Assembly: GCA_016906335.1 (NCBI GenBank)
Contig: JADEYG010000001.1
Coordinates: forward strand, 1,488,001-1,552,000
Source of the DNA: Novakomyces olei
Lineage: Eukaryota
Length of the DNA: 64,000 nucleotides
Direction of reading: 5' to 3'
The notes beneath the pieces are model-generated. The model was given only the letters and a program-made list of their open reading frames with translations. It did not search any database and had not been told where the DNA came from. The position numbers were made by a program, and so were the translations under genes. Below are positions 40,787 through 52,287 of the stretch, piece after piece. The stretch's first letter is position 1; each line of letters starts with the position of its first letter.

Positions 40787-42174
40787 CTAAGACGGAAGAA
40801 GCATACTTATATCTGCACTGTGGGGACGGCCGTCAAACAAGATTTCAGCCATAACTTTACCCGTACCTGGTGCGAGACAGATCCCCCAGCAAGAATGCCC
40901 AGAGGCAACAAAGACACCAGGCCTGATTTCTCCAATAATTGGCCCACCCATGCGAGCGTTAATGGGAAGGTAACACGCTTGCTCAACTGCTACATGACGC
41001 GCTGTGAAAAGTGGGCCAAGGAAAGCTGCACTGTGTTTAAGAGACTCGCAGCTCTTTTTACTGACTGCTATTTCCGCTGCAGTTGGAGGTAATGGCTCCC
41101 TGTCTGACTCACCACACACATAAACTTCGTCTTGCCGAGCATAAATTTCCGGTGTGACCCGTGATCCGTCCGGCAGCTCCATCTCTGTGAATAAAGCATG
41201 AGCACTAGTTTTCCCTGGTAATGAGTAAACCACCGAATGTGCCCTTTCGCCTTTGATTAGGGTTTCCGGTAAGATATTACTCGTCCATGGCCCAGCAGCT
41301 ACAACAATTTTATCGGCAGGAACCTGTACCGTGTTGGAAGAGCGAGGAGGACTATAGTCAACAGTATTCTGGCCAATACTTTTCACAGTTCCATGCACGA
41401 AATGAACACCCGCACTCTGTGCAAGCTGGAAAATAGTCTCTGTGAAAAGACGTGGATGTACCTGGCACGTTGTGTCTGTCGTGCCCAGGCTCGCAACGTG
41501 CTCAACGATACTGGAATCGACCCATTTTAATGGAGCCGGTAGACGCGCGTGGCGACGTGGATTATGTTTTAGTGAGACAGAGAGCGTGTCCAGTTGGCGA
41601 TAACCCCAAGCTTTACTTCCGTTATACTCGCTGGCAAGATCTGAGTGCAAACGGTAGGATAACTCTGCCAGCGATGACGTAGATACCCCGTGCCAATCAA
41701 GCGCGACTAATCTGGTGGGGTTAGTTTGCAAAAGAGTAATTTCGACATCGACTATGAAACGATGAAATTGTATATTTGTAAACGAGAGAGTAGATGGCTC
41801 GTAAAACAAAATTTCAAAACTGAAAACTGAAAACCGAAAAATAAAATAAAAAAGTAATTAAACAATCAAGAAGAGCAAAATATAAGACCAGTGTCAAAGT
41901 AGAGCATTTAAAACAAGAGAACAATAGTGCTCAATGACTATTTCAGGATCCGGCTTACCCGCCAGCTTTACCAGACGCGGCAGCAGCGATAGTGGTTCCT
42001 TCGATCAATGTGATTTTGCAGCGCTTTGGGTTGAATAAAGGATGCCGGGTGAGATAGTAAGCCGTGCAGACGCCTGTGGATCAGCAAGTGTGACAGATCT
42101 ATTACCGTACCAATAATGCCGCCGCCGATGATAACGATGCGTTCCGGCTTTTCGGGCGTACTAGTGTCGGCCAT
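40787..42174 (-). CDS. FAD-dependent oxidoreductase (Tda3/DAO family)
   Basis: 'IIGGGIIG', 'ASGKAG', 'QVHP', 'AAGPWT', 'QACYLP', 'SGHSCWGI..APGTG'. Two introns. Confidence 0.88.
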
Positions 42175-43018
42175 TGTCGATGACGCCGAGCGGTACTGTA
42201 AAACTGTAATAATTTATTTATTTATTGTAAATTTGATATAATGCGGTGCTTTATAAGAGCGTCATCGTCTCCTATTAATTGCAGTTTATTTCTCTTGGAC
42301 GATACTGCAGTATTAAAATTGGCCCTAAATGTCCATTATAATAGGGTGAGGAAGACTAGTAGGGAATATTATTTATCATGGGCTAATAATATTAATATGG
42401 GACAATCGATAAGAAATTCTTATACTGCAAAACAGCCAAACAGCCTGTAAGTGCTTATCTTGTGACTACATTAATTCGGGGAGACACAAAATGGGCTGCA
42501 TTAAATAATGCCACGCAATGTCGCGCTCTCCAGTGTTGCTTTGGGCCAAACATTAGGCTTCTCGTAGTGGGATGAAAGCTCTGGTTGGCTTTCTTGTCGC
42601 TCTACTTGTAAATTGCGACCTGAAAAGTGGAGCAAAAAGAGGCAAACCCTACCATCATAGCCGAACATTGTTGGAGCCGAACCTTTTGAATGTATTGCCG
42701 ACGGTAATAATTCGTATGGGATAGAAGCGCAGCAGACTGTAGAAAATAAAGTAAAATAATTATATAAAATATAATATTATACAATATAATATAATATAAT
42801 TTAATTTAGTATAATATAATTTAATTTAATATAATTTAATATAATATAATTTAATATAATTTAATATAATATAATTTAATATAATATAATTTAATATAAT
42901 ATAATATATTCTGTCATACACGCAATTACCGTAATAATCGCGATATATCGTAAATAAGAGGATAACGGGGGCGTATTCCACGCGGCTAATGCTTTAGCCT
43001 TACCATCGCTACAACACA

Positions 43019-43976
43019 ATGGCTGTCGCCCGGCACCGTGTGATGCACACGGTGGGCCGGGCGTTACCAAAAAAATACACGACCGATTTTCCGGCCGCTT
43101 TCCGCGGTCCGTGGCTCCACGGTCGCACAGTAGGCGACGATTCATTCTGTTTCGGCCACAATTTCTTAGCAGTGGCTGACGGCGTTGGCGTATGGAATAC
43201 GCAACGGCAGGGCCATGCCGGACTCTGGTCGCGGCTTATGGTGCATGAATGGAGCTTGCGTGCACAAGTTTTGCAGGCGCAACACCATGAAGACTGTAAT
43301 TTTTAAAATGATGTTTATTTAAAGATATTTATTTAAAGCTCTGACGATTTATACATTGGTCAAGCGCTTCCAACTTGCCTCGCTTTCCGTCCTTTGGCTA
43401 ACGACAGATCTTCCGCTTATGAGAGAAGCGTTGGACGAGGCTCTTGCCGCTGCGTCGGTAATGGCAAAGCACCGAGACCACGATGAGTGGTTCGGTACTA
43501 CTACAATGCTCGCAGCGCTTTACGATAACGTGGGCGGACGGCTATCGGTGTGCAGTATGGGAGACTCCTCCTTGATGGTTTTTCGACCGGGAACGGGACT
43601 AGTGTTCGCGACGGAGGAGGTACGGGAATTTTTCGATGTTCCACGGCAAATTGGCACAAACGCAAACTTCAATTTTCGTACACAAGCAGCGTCTTACTCG
43701 ATACCCCTGACTGATGCGGATTTTGTGGTTACCTCATCCGACGGTCTCACGGACAATGTCTTTGTCCCCGATATATATGATATTATTGTAAACCACGCTG
43801 ACGACCCCACCAAGATTGCACAACTGCTGGTGGAGAAGGCGATGATGGTAGGCGACGATTTATGGTCAGAGAGCCCGTACATGGAGCGCGCGATAAGCGA
43901 GGGGATTCCTTTTAGTGGGGGTAAACGCGATGATTGTACGGTACTTGTATCGCGACTTTCACCAGAGGCGAACTAG
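43019..43976 (+). CDS. PP2C-family phosphatase, Ptc7/Azr1 type
   Basis: 'GDDSF', 'AVADGVG', 'MGDS', 'PRQIG', 'SSDGLTDN', 'GGKRDD'. One intron. Confidence 0.88.
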
Positions 43977-44392
43977 TTTGTGTGTAGCAAACTAGCGTGT
44001 ATGTAGAGCGCGCGAGATTTAGTTTACATGTAGACCGCGTAGTCTGCTCGTTCCAATTGGAATTATATAGTATACGCGTTGTCTATAGTCTTATCTCTGA
44101 GCAGATGCACGCGTGGCCAATTGACTCGAGCGCCAATCAAACGCCAAGCAATCTCTATCTGTGCCTCGTCTACTGTGCGGACAAGTGTGCCCTCAATTTA
44201 ATTTAATTAAATTATTAATAAAATTATTATTTAATAAAATTATTATTAAATTATATTATTATCAAAGTTATTATTTAATCAAATAGTGTAAAACAGTCGT
44301 ATTAATTATATTTGTTATTTACAGGCTATATTAATACCTATAAAGCCACGAGTCGTAAAAGCACGTAGGCAGTATATTAGGCCCTGAAGCCA

Positions 44393-46121
44393 ATGGAGCC
44401 AGCACGGCTCTTGCGGTCGCGTTTCTTTTTCCGGCTGCTACCGTTCCAACGGTTCATATGTATGTCGCCTATTCTTTTTTGCGTGGCAGTTTTTATGGGT
44501 GCCTGGCCACGCGCACGCGTTTCTTTGGCTCCCATCTTTTTGATGAGTTGGGAGCGGCTTCTTCACCCCTTCATTTGACTAACCATTCTCTGCATTGCCG
44601 GGCGAGCCTCTGTGCTCTTCCCGACCCTATCGGCCATTGCTTTACGTGAATATACAGTCGTAGTAGTATCGGCTATTGCAATACTAACTCTACTGTATCC
44701 GCATCCTGGCGATGATGTACTTGAAAATGGACGGAAATTCAAAACGTCAGAGGCGCCGCCAATTGATATGGAGGCCATTCAAGAAAGGCAGCGGCAGGCT
44801 TCCTTAAAACAAAAAAATGACAAGATTACTCTTCCCGTGATCCCTGACCCTCCGTCGTCACCAAAGCGTAGTATCCGTGATAAGCTGGCTTATTATTACC
44901 CTTACACAGCCGAAATACGGGAGAAGGCTTACCCGGGATTCATCTGGCAGACATGGAAACACTCCTTTGAAGACGAAAATTTTGAGTCGCGTTTGCGCCC
45001 GCTGGCACAGGCATGGACGGACAAGCACCCGGAGAGTGTACACGAGGTACATTGGCTTCTTTTTTTCTATTTTGATTGCGATTTCAAATATCCTACATCA
45101 TTGTTGGACGTTCTGCGGAATGTAAATAGAAAATTTGCGCTCTCCGTCTTTTCTTTTCCGTTTTTTGTTTTCCGTCTAATTGAGCACGGCAACTATCTCG
45201 GCCGCGATTTTTTATTTTCATTGTTTATATTCTTTTAGCTATTTCATTTTTTTCCGTTCGAGTTGATGCTTGAATTGTGCTCTCTTAACCCGCTTGCTCT
45301 TTACTCGACTAGTCTTACGCAAAGTCCATATACTAACGTGGGCAGGTTGTCCCAGACGGCTATGCTGTCAATATGATAAAGTACCTATACTACCATATCC
45401 CCGAGGTTGCAGAGGCGTACGAGGCGCTGCCCCAGCCCGTATTAAAAGCAGACTTTTTCCGTTACTTGATTCTGTTTGCACGCGGCGGAGTTTATACGGA
45501 CATTGACACGGAACCGTTGCGGCCTGCAAATGAGTGGGTTCCTGATACTTTTGGTCTGGACGCACAGGGAATGACTGTGGGCATTGAAGCGGACCCTGAT
45601 CGGCCGGACTGGGCAAAGTGGTATGCTCGTCGAATCCAATTTTGTCAGTGGACAATTCGGGCCAAACCTGGTCATCCGGCTCTGCTGGAAACAATTGCAC
45701 GTATTACCGAGCGTACACGTAAAAAGAAGAAATCAAACACACTCAATATCGAATCGACCTCTGTCATGGAATGGACGGGGCCTGCAGTGTGGACAGATGC
45801 GCTTATGGCGTACTTTAATACGCCTGAAGTTTTGGCATCTTTTGCAGAGCAAAATAAAGACGACAAGGAGTTGCGAAATGTAAAAAAAATCGATCCTGTG
45901 TTCTTTACAAAACTGGAAAAGGCCGTTCGCGTGGGCGATGTTGTAGTGCTGCCTATCACCGCCTTCAGCCCTGACCAAGGTCATATGGGGTCCAAGCCGT
46001 CTTCAGACCCAGACGCTATGGTCAAGCACCATTTTGATGGAAGGTAATTTAATGGCCTGTTATGTGGATTTATGGACTAACAATACCCAGCTGGAAACCG
46101 GAAGAAGAACGCATGAATTAG
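44393..46121 (+). CDS. OCH1: Initiation-specific alpha-1,6-mannosyltransferase (GT32)
   Basis: 'IWQTWK', 'LKADFFRYLILFARGGVYTDID', 'GIEADPDRPDW', 'QFCQW', 'WTGPAVWTD', 'TAFSP'. Introns 44460-44606, 45047-45345 and about 46024-46090. Confidence 0.92.
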
Positions 46122-47525
46122 CAACATCATTTTAATGATAACTCATATAACATCAGCCATTGAGAGGCACTAAAATTCCTTAGTTTGCTCGTTTACTTTG
46201 TAAGCAATTGGCAATAAATTGTTTTGTCGTCAATTTAACGCGATATTATTCATAGCTTGCCAAGGGAGATTTCCGGGTTTCATTTCATTTCAAATTACGT
46301 TCCGTCAAGAAACATAAATTCTGATCACGTTGCATATGCCCACTGAACCAGAAATTATTTCAATTAAATTTATTCCATATTACAAACATATACAAGACAA
46401 TTTCGGTAATAATTACAATATGTACTAAATAGTGGTTTCTTTAATATAAAAAAAAAATTCTCAAAGGCCAAGTCACCGAGCATTATCGGCTCATACGATG
46501 ACGGCACTCGGCAGACATGGAAAAAGACGTGGATATATTAATTCTATATACGTACGCGAGCACCGCCCCAAGTCTACGATGAGGACAAGATCATGTAAGA
46601 TTAGAGTGTAAAATTCGGTGACGTAAGTGATTAGGTTTATTAGCGCTAGATTTAGCGCTTTTCACCGTGCGGTCTGCAACTGCCGACGGGACGCATAAAA
46701 TTTTCACGCTAAATTCTGGTCGACTTTGTACATGTAAACCGCAAAAAGCGATTTAACGTCAGGTTTCGGTATTTGCGTAACTAAATAAAGCTGCAGCTGC
46801 GATGTACCGATTCGATGATCGTGTTCTACCGTAATGACGAGCCTAGTGCAATGGTCTATAAAGGTATATATAAATGAGATCTTGTAGTTTGCAAATCTAC
46901 TAGTTGCATTCAGACTTGTGTCATGGAAGTAGTAATTTTAGCATTCGAGGATAACTCTCAGCGTTTTAAAGCAGCAAGTTTGTACTTTCTGTTCAATTGG
47001 CCATAATAGCTTTTGCTAATATGGCTCTCACTATATATACCCTGATTATTTAATGTCAACCCCCACCCCACTTTTCTTTTCTTCCACGCTTTTCTCGGCT
47101 GACGAGAAGGGTAACAGGCTGATTCTACACCCCCAAAGATCGACGAGCCCAGCAAGCAAATTTTCTAGTTAAAAAATAAAATAAAATATGCCCATAGACT
47201 TATAAATAGGGAGCGCTAACTTGAAGTACTTCAGCTAGAGCACTTCAATCCTCAATCTCTTGCCAAACAAATGCAAAGTATTTGCATGTAACTGTACCAT
47301 ACATTGTGTGGAGATTAATTCTGATATCATCTTTCAAGCTTGTCAGCAGATTGATTGGACAACGATTTTGCGCTTTTTATGTTTACGAAATTTTACGTCA
47401 TCTAGACGCTTTCTTTTGAAAATCCATCATTGGATTCAAGAAACCGAGGTTTCTGAAAAAATTATAAAACGCAAGTCTTTGCAGCAATTGCCTTTGACGG
47501 TCAGTCAAGTGCCTACTGTTTTACA

Positions 47526-48382
47526 ATGGCCAAGTCAATTGTTTTATGGTCGCATCCCCGCAGTGTTTCCACTGCATTTACACGCTCAATACTCTCGCGG
47601 CCTGAAGACTTTGCGGTACTCCACGAACCATATTCAGAGCCGTGCTATTATAACCCCAAAGAATATGTGATTGATAGGTTCGAAGAGAAAACGAACCCCG
47701 TCACTTTTGCAGATGTTACAGCCAGAATCCTTGCCAGCAATGAGCCAAAGACGAATTTCACCAAAGACATGGCCGGGGTAAGTTGGTTATATAGCAGCTA
47801 CGTATTCAGTCACTAACATCACCACAGTACATTGTTGATATTCGCCAGTACCCACCACGGTTTCTAGTCTCGGACGCGGATTTTCTGCAAATGCAGCATA
47901 CGTTTCTCATTCGTGACCCGGTGCGCTCTGTACCAAGTTACTACCGGTGCTGTGAACGTCTGATTAAAGAATTTGGTAAATGGTCCCCCGACGAGACAGG
48001 ACTGCTCGAGTCTAAAATACTGTACGATCATCTGGTCCGTTTGGCGCCAGAGAGGCCGCCTTTGGTGCTGGACGCGCAGGATCTTATTGAGAGACCAGAG
48101 CAAGTTATGCGCGTGTGGTGTGAGTACGTGGGTATTCCTTTCGATCCCAAGATGCTTACCTGGGAACCTGCTCCAGTGCCCGAGTTTGAGATCTGGAAAG
48201 GCTGGCATGATGACGCAGAGCAGACTTCTGGTTTCAAAACCGATCGGCCTCCAAGCAATCAGCTGCCCCACAAATCTACGTCTGACGCGGACAGTGAGGC
48301 CCTGCCTGATGATGTGTGGCGCGATATCAACCGCAATATCCCGTACTACCAGTATCTATATGAGCGGAGGCATCGATTCTGA
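47526..48382 (+). CDS. P-loop sulfotransferase-like protein
   Basis: 'LWSHPRSVSTAF', 'HEPY', 'FTKDMA', 'HTFLIRDP', 'PLVLDA.DL...P', 'F.P.ML.W', 'WH...SGF'. One intron. Confidence 0.78.
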
Positions 48383-48749
48383 ATTGGAGAATCGGCATTG
48401 GGTCTAATGTATTATCTTATGCAGTGATAGATGCGATCGCGTAAGAGGAGTGTACTGATATTTTAACGATATTATGTATGGCATTGCATTATACGTGCCT
48501 GTGTATGTATAAATATCTATGCTTCTAGTACAAATTTTCTGAATTCCAAATCTGCTTGTCTGTGGTATCGACTAATTCTAACCGTCGGCCGTTCAAACCT
48601 GGCTCACGCCGTATATTCATGTCCGTATAGACGTAACACAAAAGATCAGGTATGGGATAGGATATCTTTAGGCAAAAAGATGCCTTTTTGCTGTGCGGCA
48701 TTTAGTAAGGCTATGGCTCGTCGTACAATTTGCACTGACCATTTACTTG

Positions 48750-48872
48750 CGATTGCCCTAATAACCCTAGTATCGTCCTAGGCCCTAATATCGCCTAATT
48801 AACGCAGTATCGTCCATAACTAACCCTAATATCGTCTCTAGTATCGTCCAATATCGTCTAATTAACCCTATA
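48750..48872 (+). repeat. Degenerate array of TAACCCTA and TATCGTCC/T motifs in the FGGY kinase promoter
   Basis: Three TAACCCTA copies (48762, 48821, 48863) interleaved with about six ATATCG/GTATCG-type units. Confidence 0.7.
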
Positions 48873-48916
48873 ATACCATACTGGCCGTCAAGGCTCCATC
48901 TTTAGTGTATATATAT

Positions 48917-50741
48917 ATGCATATTGGCATTGATGTCGGCAGCGCAAGTGTGCGTGCAGCCTTGTTGAATGCGGAGCACGAGCTTTTAGCAGTCTCCACA
49001 CACGAAATCCGTACTTTAGAACATGGCCATTATATGGCAAGTTGCCAATGCTGATTGGAACTAACACGCTACAGGAGCACAATGCACATGAAATATGGAC
49101 GGCAATTGAAGCCTGTATTGCAAAGCTGCCGCCACGCAATAAAGTCACGTCAATCGGCGTGTGTGCCACATGTTCAATGGTGCTATGCCGCCAGGACAGT
49201 GGCGACGCGGTCCCTATTCCCGGAGGCATTGGAGGTGACGTAATAAAATGGTGCGACCAGCGAGCGGTACGGCAAACGGCAAAACTGAACGCTGCGCCTG
49301 AGGCTTCTGCCCTATTTGCTCGTACCGGCGGACGAATTGACGTTGAAATGGCTCTGCCCAAACTTTTGTGGATCAGTGAGCAGGCCGATGTGGCGGGGCT
49401 GCGTGCCTTTGACTTGGCCGACTGGATAGTCTTTTGTCTGACAGGCAACGATACTTGCAGCTATATTGCCGCTATGTACAATGGATGGGACGCAGAGCGT
49501 GGAGGATGGCCGGCTCAGTTTTTCAAGACTATGCAACTCAACGAGTCAGCGCTGGGGCTGAATGTAAAGCAGAGTGGGTCCCCTGCCGGCCGGATTAAAG
49601 GCGATATTGCACTCGGCTGGCAGGTTCCTTCAAGCACTATTGTGGCTGTCGGGATTATTGACGGCTTTGCCGGCTGGATCGGGCCCTGCTTGGAGCGCTC
49701 TGCTCGCCGAGCCGGGTATTACAATGGCTGCCTGGCTTGCGTAAGTGGGACCAGCTCCTGCTTTTACGTGGCCACTAACGCTGACGTGGGGAAGGGCAAT
49801 ATAATCGAGAGCACGCACGGCCTTTGGGGTCCGTTTCCCAATGCTATTGCGTCGAGTCCCGTCACGCTTTCAGAGGCAGGACAAACTGCTACTGGCTCAT
49901 TGCTGTACTCTGTCGCCCACAGCCACGCCGGCTGGGCTATAGTGCAGCGCGTCAGAGGCGCACTGTCGCCACTCGAATGGCTGAGCCAGTATTGTATAAG
50001 CCTGCGGTACTCGCAGCAGGCTCAGCGGCAGCTGCACTGGGTAGAAGTTTTACAGCGAAGCCGCTTGCATGGTATGCTGACACTGAAAATCTATGGTTTA
50101 CAAAATGACAAAATGACAAAATAAATAACAAAATAAATGAATGAATAAATAAATGAATAAATAAATAGAGAAATGCGTCGTCTTTACAATTCTGACTTGC
50201 AACAGTGTACCCCGACTTTGCTGGTAACCGTACACCCGTGGCGGACGAGCGGCTGTGCGGTGCAGTACACGGGCTACGGCTCTCTGCGCACGGAGACTTT
50301 AGCAATGCGAGAAAGACTCTTGAAGGTGTCAGCGACGAGGAGTACGCATTGCTGGACCAACTGGGCGAGCTGTGTGTAGCCGTTATAGAATCATTGTGCT
50401 TTCAAACAAGGCAGATTGCGGACAAGTTCCGTAGCGCAGGCCATAATATTACTCATATCTCTGTGGCTGGTGGTCAAGCTCAGAATGCGATTTTTACAGA
50501 GCTGCTGGCAACAATTACGCAGCTGCCTGTACGTGTAGCTCGTCATTCCAGCGTTGCAGTAGTAACTGGGGCTGCAATTCTTGGATCGCTCGCCGTCCCG
50601 GCCGGTGAAGGCGGGTTTGTTAAAGACGAACGTGCTCAAATTATGCCCGATACTAGTGGTGAGACACAGGCATTAGTGCAGCGGCGGTTCCGCTATTACC
50701 TAGACATGCTGGAGTTCGAATTGGCCCATTTGGAAGCGTAG
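48917..50741 (+). CDS. FGGY-family carbohydrate (pentulose/ribulose) kinase
   Basis: 'IGIDVGSASVRA', 'ATCS', 'WCDQRA', 'EMALPK', 'GTSSC', 'GLWGP', 'YPDFAGNRTP', 'AGGQAQN'. First intron is GC-AG (49037-49074). Confidence 0.88.
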
Positions 50742-51448
50742 TTTAACGTTATACGGCTATTTTCTTCGCGGGCTGGCTGGCTTCGGCTATAGATACAATT
50801 TCATCAACTTTACCATACGATTTCGTTACTCGCCAGTACAATTTATTTGCAGCGTAGCAGCTACGAGGATTAAACTAGAAACCATCAGTGCTTTAGAGGC
50901 ACGCATAAAGCTGCTATCCTTATCGAATTAATCTTTAATGTCTGTAGACATACGGCAATACTGGGATAAGCGCTCAATAATAAGGCCAGTTAGTTAGATA
51001 ATCTAGATGTAGTATTTGTATTACTAAAACTATTGTGTAAAATGCTTCTTGTTTGTGAAAAGATATATTAAAGTTCCTGCCAGTACTTATAACAGTTAGT
51101 GTTCGGGGAAGATAATTAACCCTAACCCTAACCGATTCTGGCTTAGTATGACTAGACTACTTTTATCCCGACAAAATCGCTATATAATATATGTATACGT
51201 GAAACCTTTCAAAAACAGTACTAGAAAAAAATAACATTAAATAAAATCATATAAAACGAAATAATATTAAATAGAATCATATTAATTATAGTGCTCCTCT
51301 GTCCTTTACGTAGTGACGACTAAACAGGAGCATTACACGCTGTTAAATTACTGATAATAGCCATGTAACTAATATATTTGCTTCTACGCAACAACGGGAA
51401 TACCAATGAAAAAAAAAGAGATAAAAATAAAACTATGTCGCTAGTAGC

Positions 51449-51473
51449 TGTTTGTTTACAACGTAAACAAACA
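51449..51473. promoter_or_regulatory. Perfect palindrome TGTTTGTTTAC-AAC-GTAAACAAACA (two extended forkhead/FLEX sites)
   Basis: 11-bp inverted repeat just upstream of ATG 51485. (TAACCC)2 telo-box at 51117-51133. Confidence 0.62.
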
Positions 51474-51484
51474 CGAATGTGACG

Positions 51485-51934
51485 ATGCTACTTGGGCTGC
51501 TTGGCCGCTTTTGGAGCTGGCTGCTGCTTATTTTCTCAAGACCACGGCGCTATAGCAGCACCGATGTGGAGAGTACACCTCTGCTCAATGAGCAGCGACC
51601 ATGTCCAAATAGCCAAAAGAGTAGTGCACCGAATAGACAGACCTCAAGCGCAGGATCTGTCGTTTCTGTCGCAGATTCGGGGTACGGATCAACTGTCTCT
51701 GACATCAGCGAGTACCCTAAGCACAATGGAGCAGAGCGAAACCGAATTGCTCGGGCTTTTGCTGCACTAGTTCAAATTTCTTTTATATTACAATTTTACA
51801 AAGCTCGGCTTTTCGACTCTGACTTTTGTTTCAATGCGCCAAGGGTATTGACTAATCGGGTCGGCACCGTTCTTTGGGCGGCCGCTCATCTTGTGCGCCG
51901 AGAACCGGCTGCTCTGCCTGATTGGGGCGTCTAG
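51485..51934 (+). CDS. Orphan hypothetical protein (3' structure uncertain)
   Basis: ORF downstream of an AT-rich promoter. Hydrophobic/amphipathic N-terminus, 'ESTPLL', Ser-rich linker with 'DSGYGS'. A GACTAAT near 51850 hints at an intron. Confidence 0.45.
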   Translation: MLLGLLGRFWSWLLLIFSRPRRYSSTDVESTPLLNEQRPCPNSQKSSAPNRQTSSAGSVVSVADSGYGSTVSDISEYPKHNGAERNRIARAFAALVQISFILQFYKARLFDSDFCFNAPRVLTNRVGTVLWAAAHLVRREPAALPDWGV

Positions 51935-52287
51935 CAAGGGGATTTTTATTATTTTTTTTTCGATATTTTGGTTTTTCTGCTTTTTAAAATTTTGTCGATC
52001 GCCTTTGTTGCGCAAAGGCATGGGAAGTACAGTTTACAAAGCTTGTTGCATGCGCGAAAAACCGATGTTGCGATCTTTGAGCCTATATGGTGCTGTAAAA
52101 CTCGTTATTATTGGTGCGTTGTCTACTGCCCGGCATTGCAGGAATCATGTTCAGCAACGGGCTTTAGACGGCTCTGTTCAAAAATTCTATTTATTTCAAA
52201 TTACCAATTTTATCTGGCTCTGTATATGCTTTATAATGTAACATTGAAGCTGGTTGCGTATATACAGTATACCCATCCACGGAGCAT

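Noticed and set aside
44480-44560. Two hairpins in OCH1 intron 1 as an H/ACA snoRNA
   Set aside because: No ANANNA hinge and no terminal ACA box.
51117-51133. TAACCC repeats as telomere or telomerase template
   Set aside because: Fewer than three units, internal and promoter-located; better explained as a telo-box.
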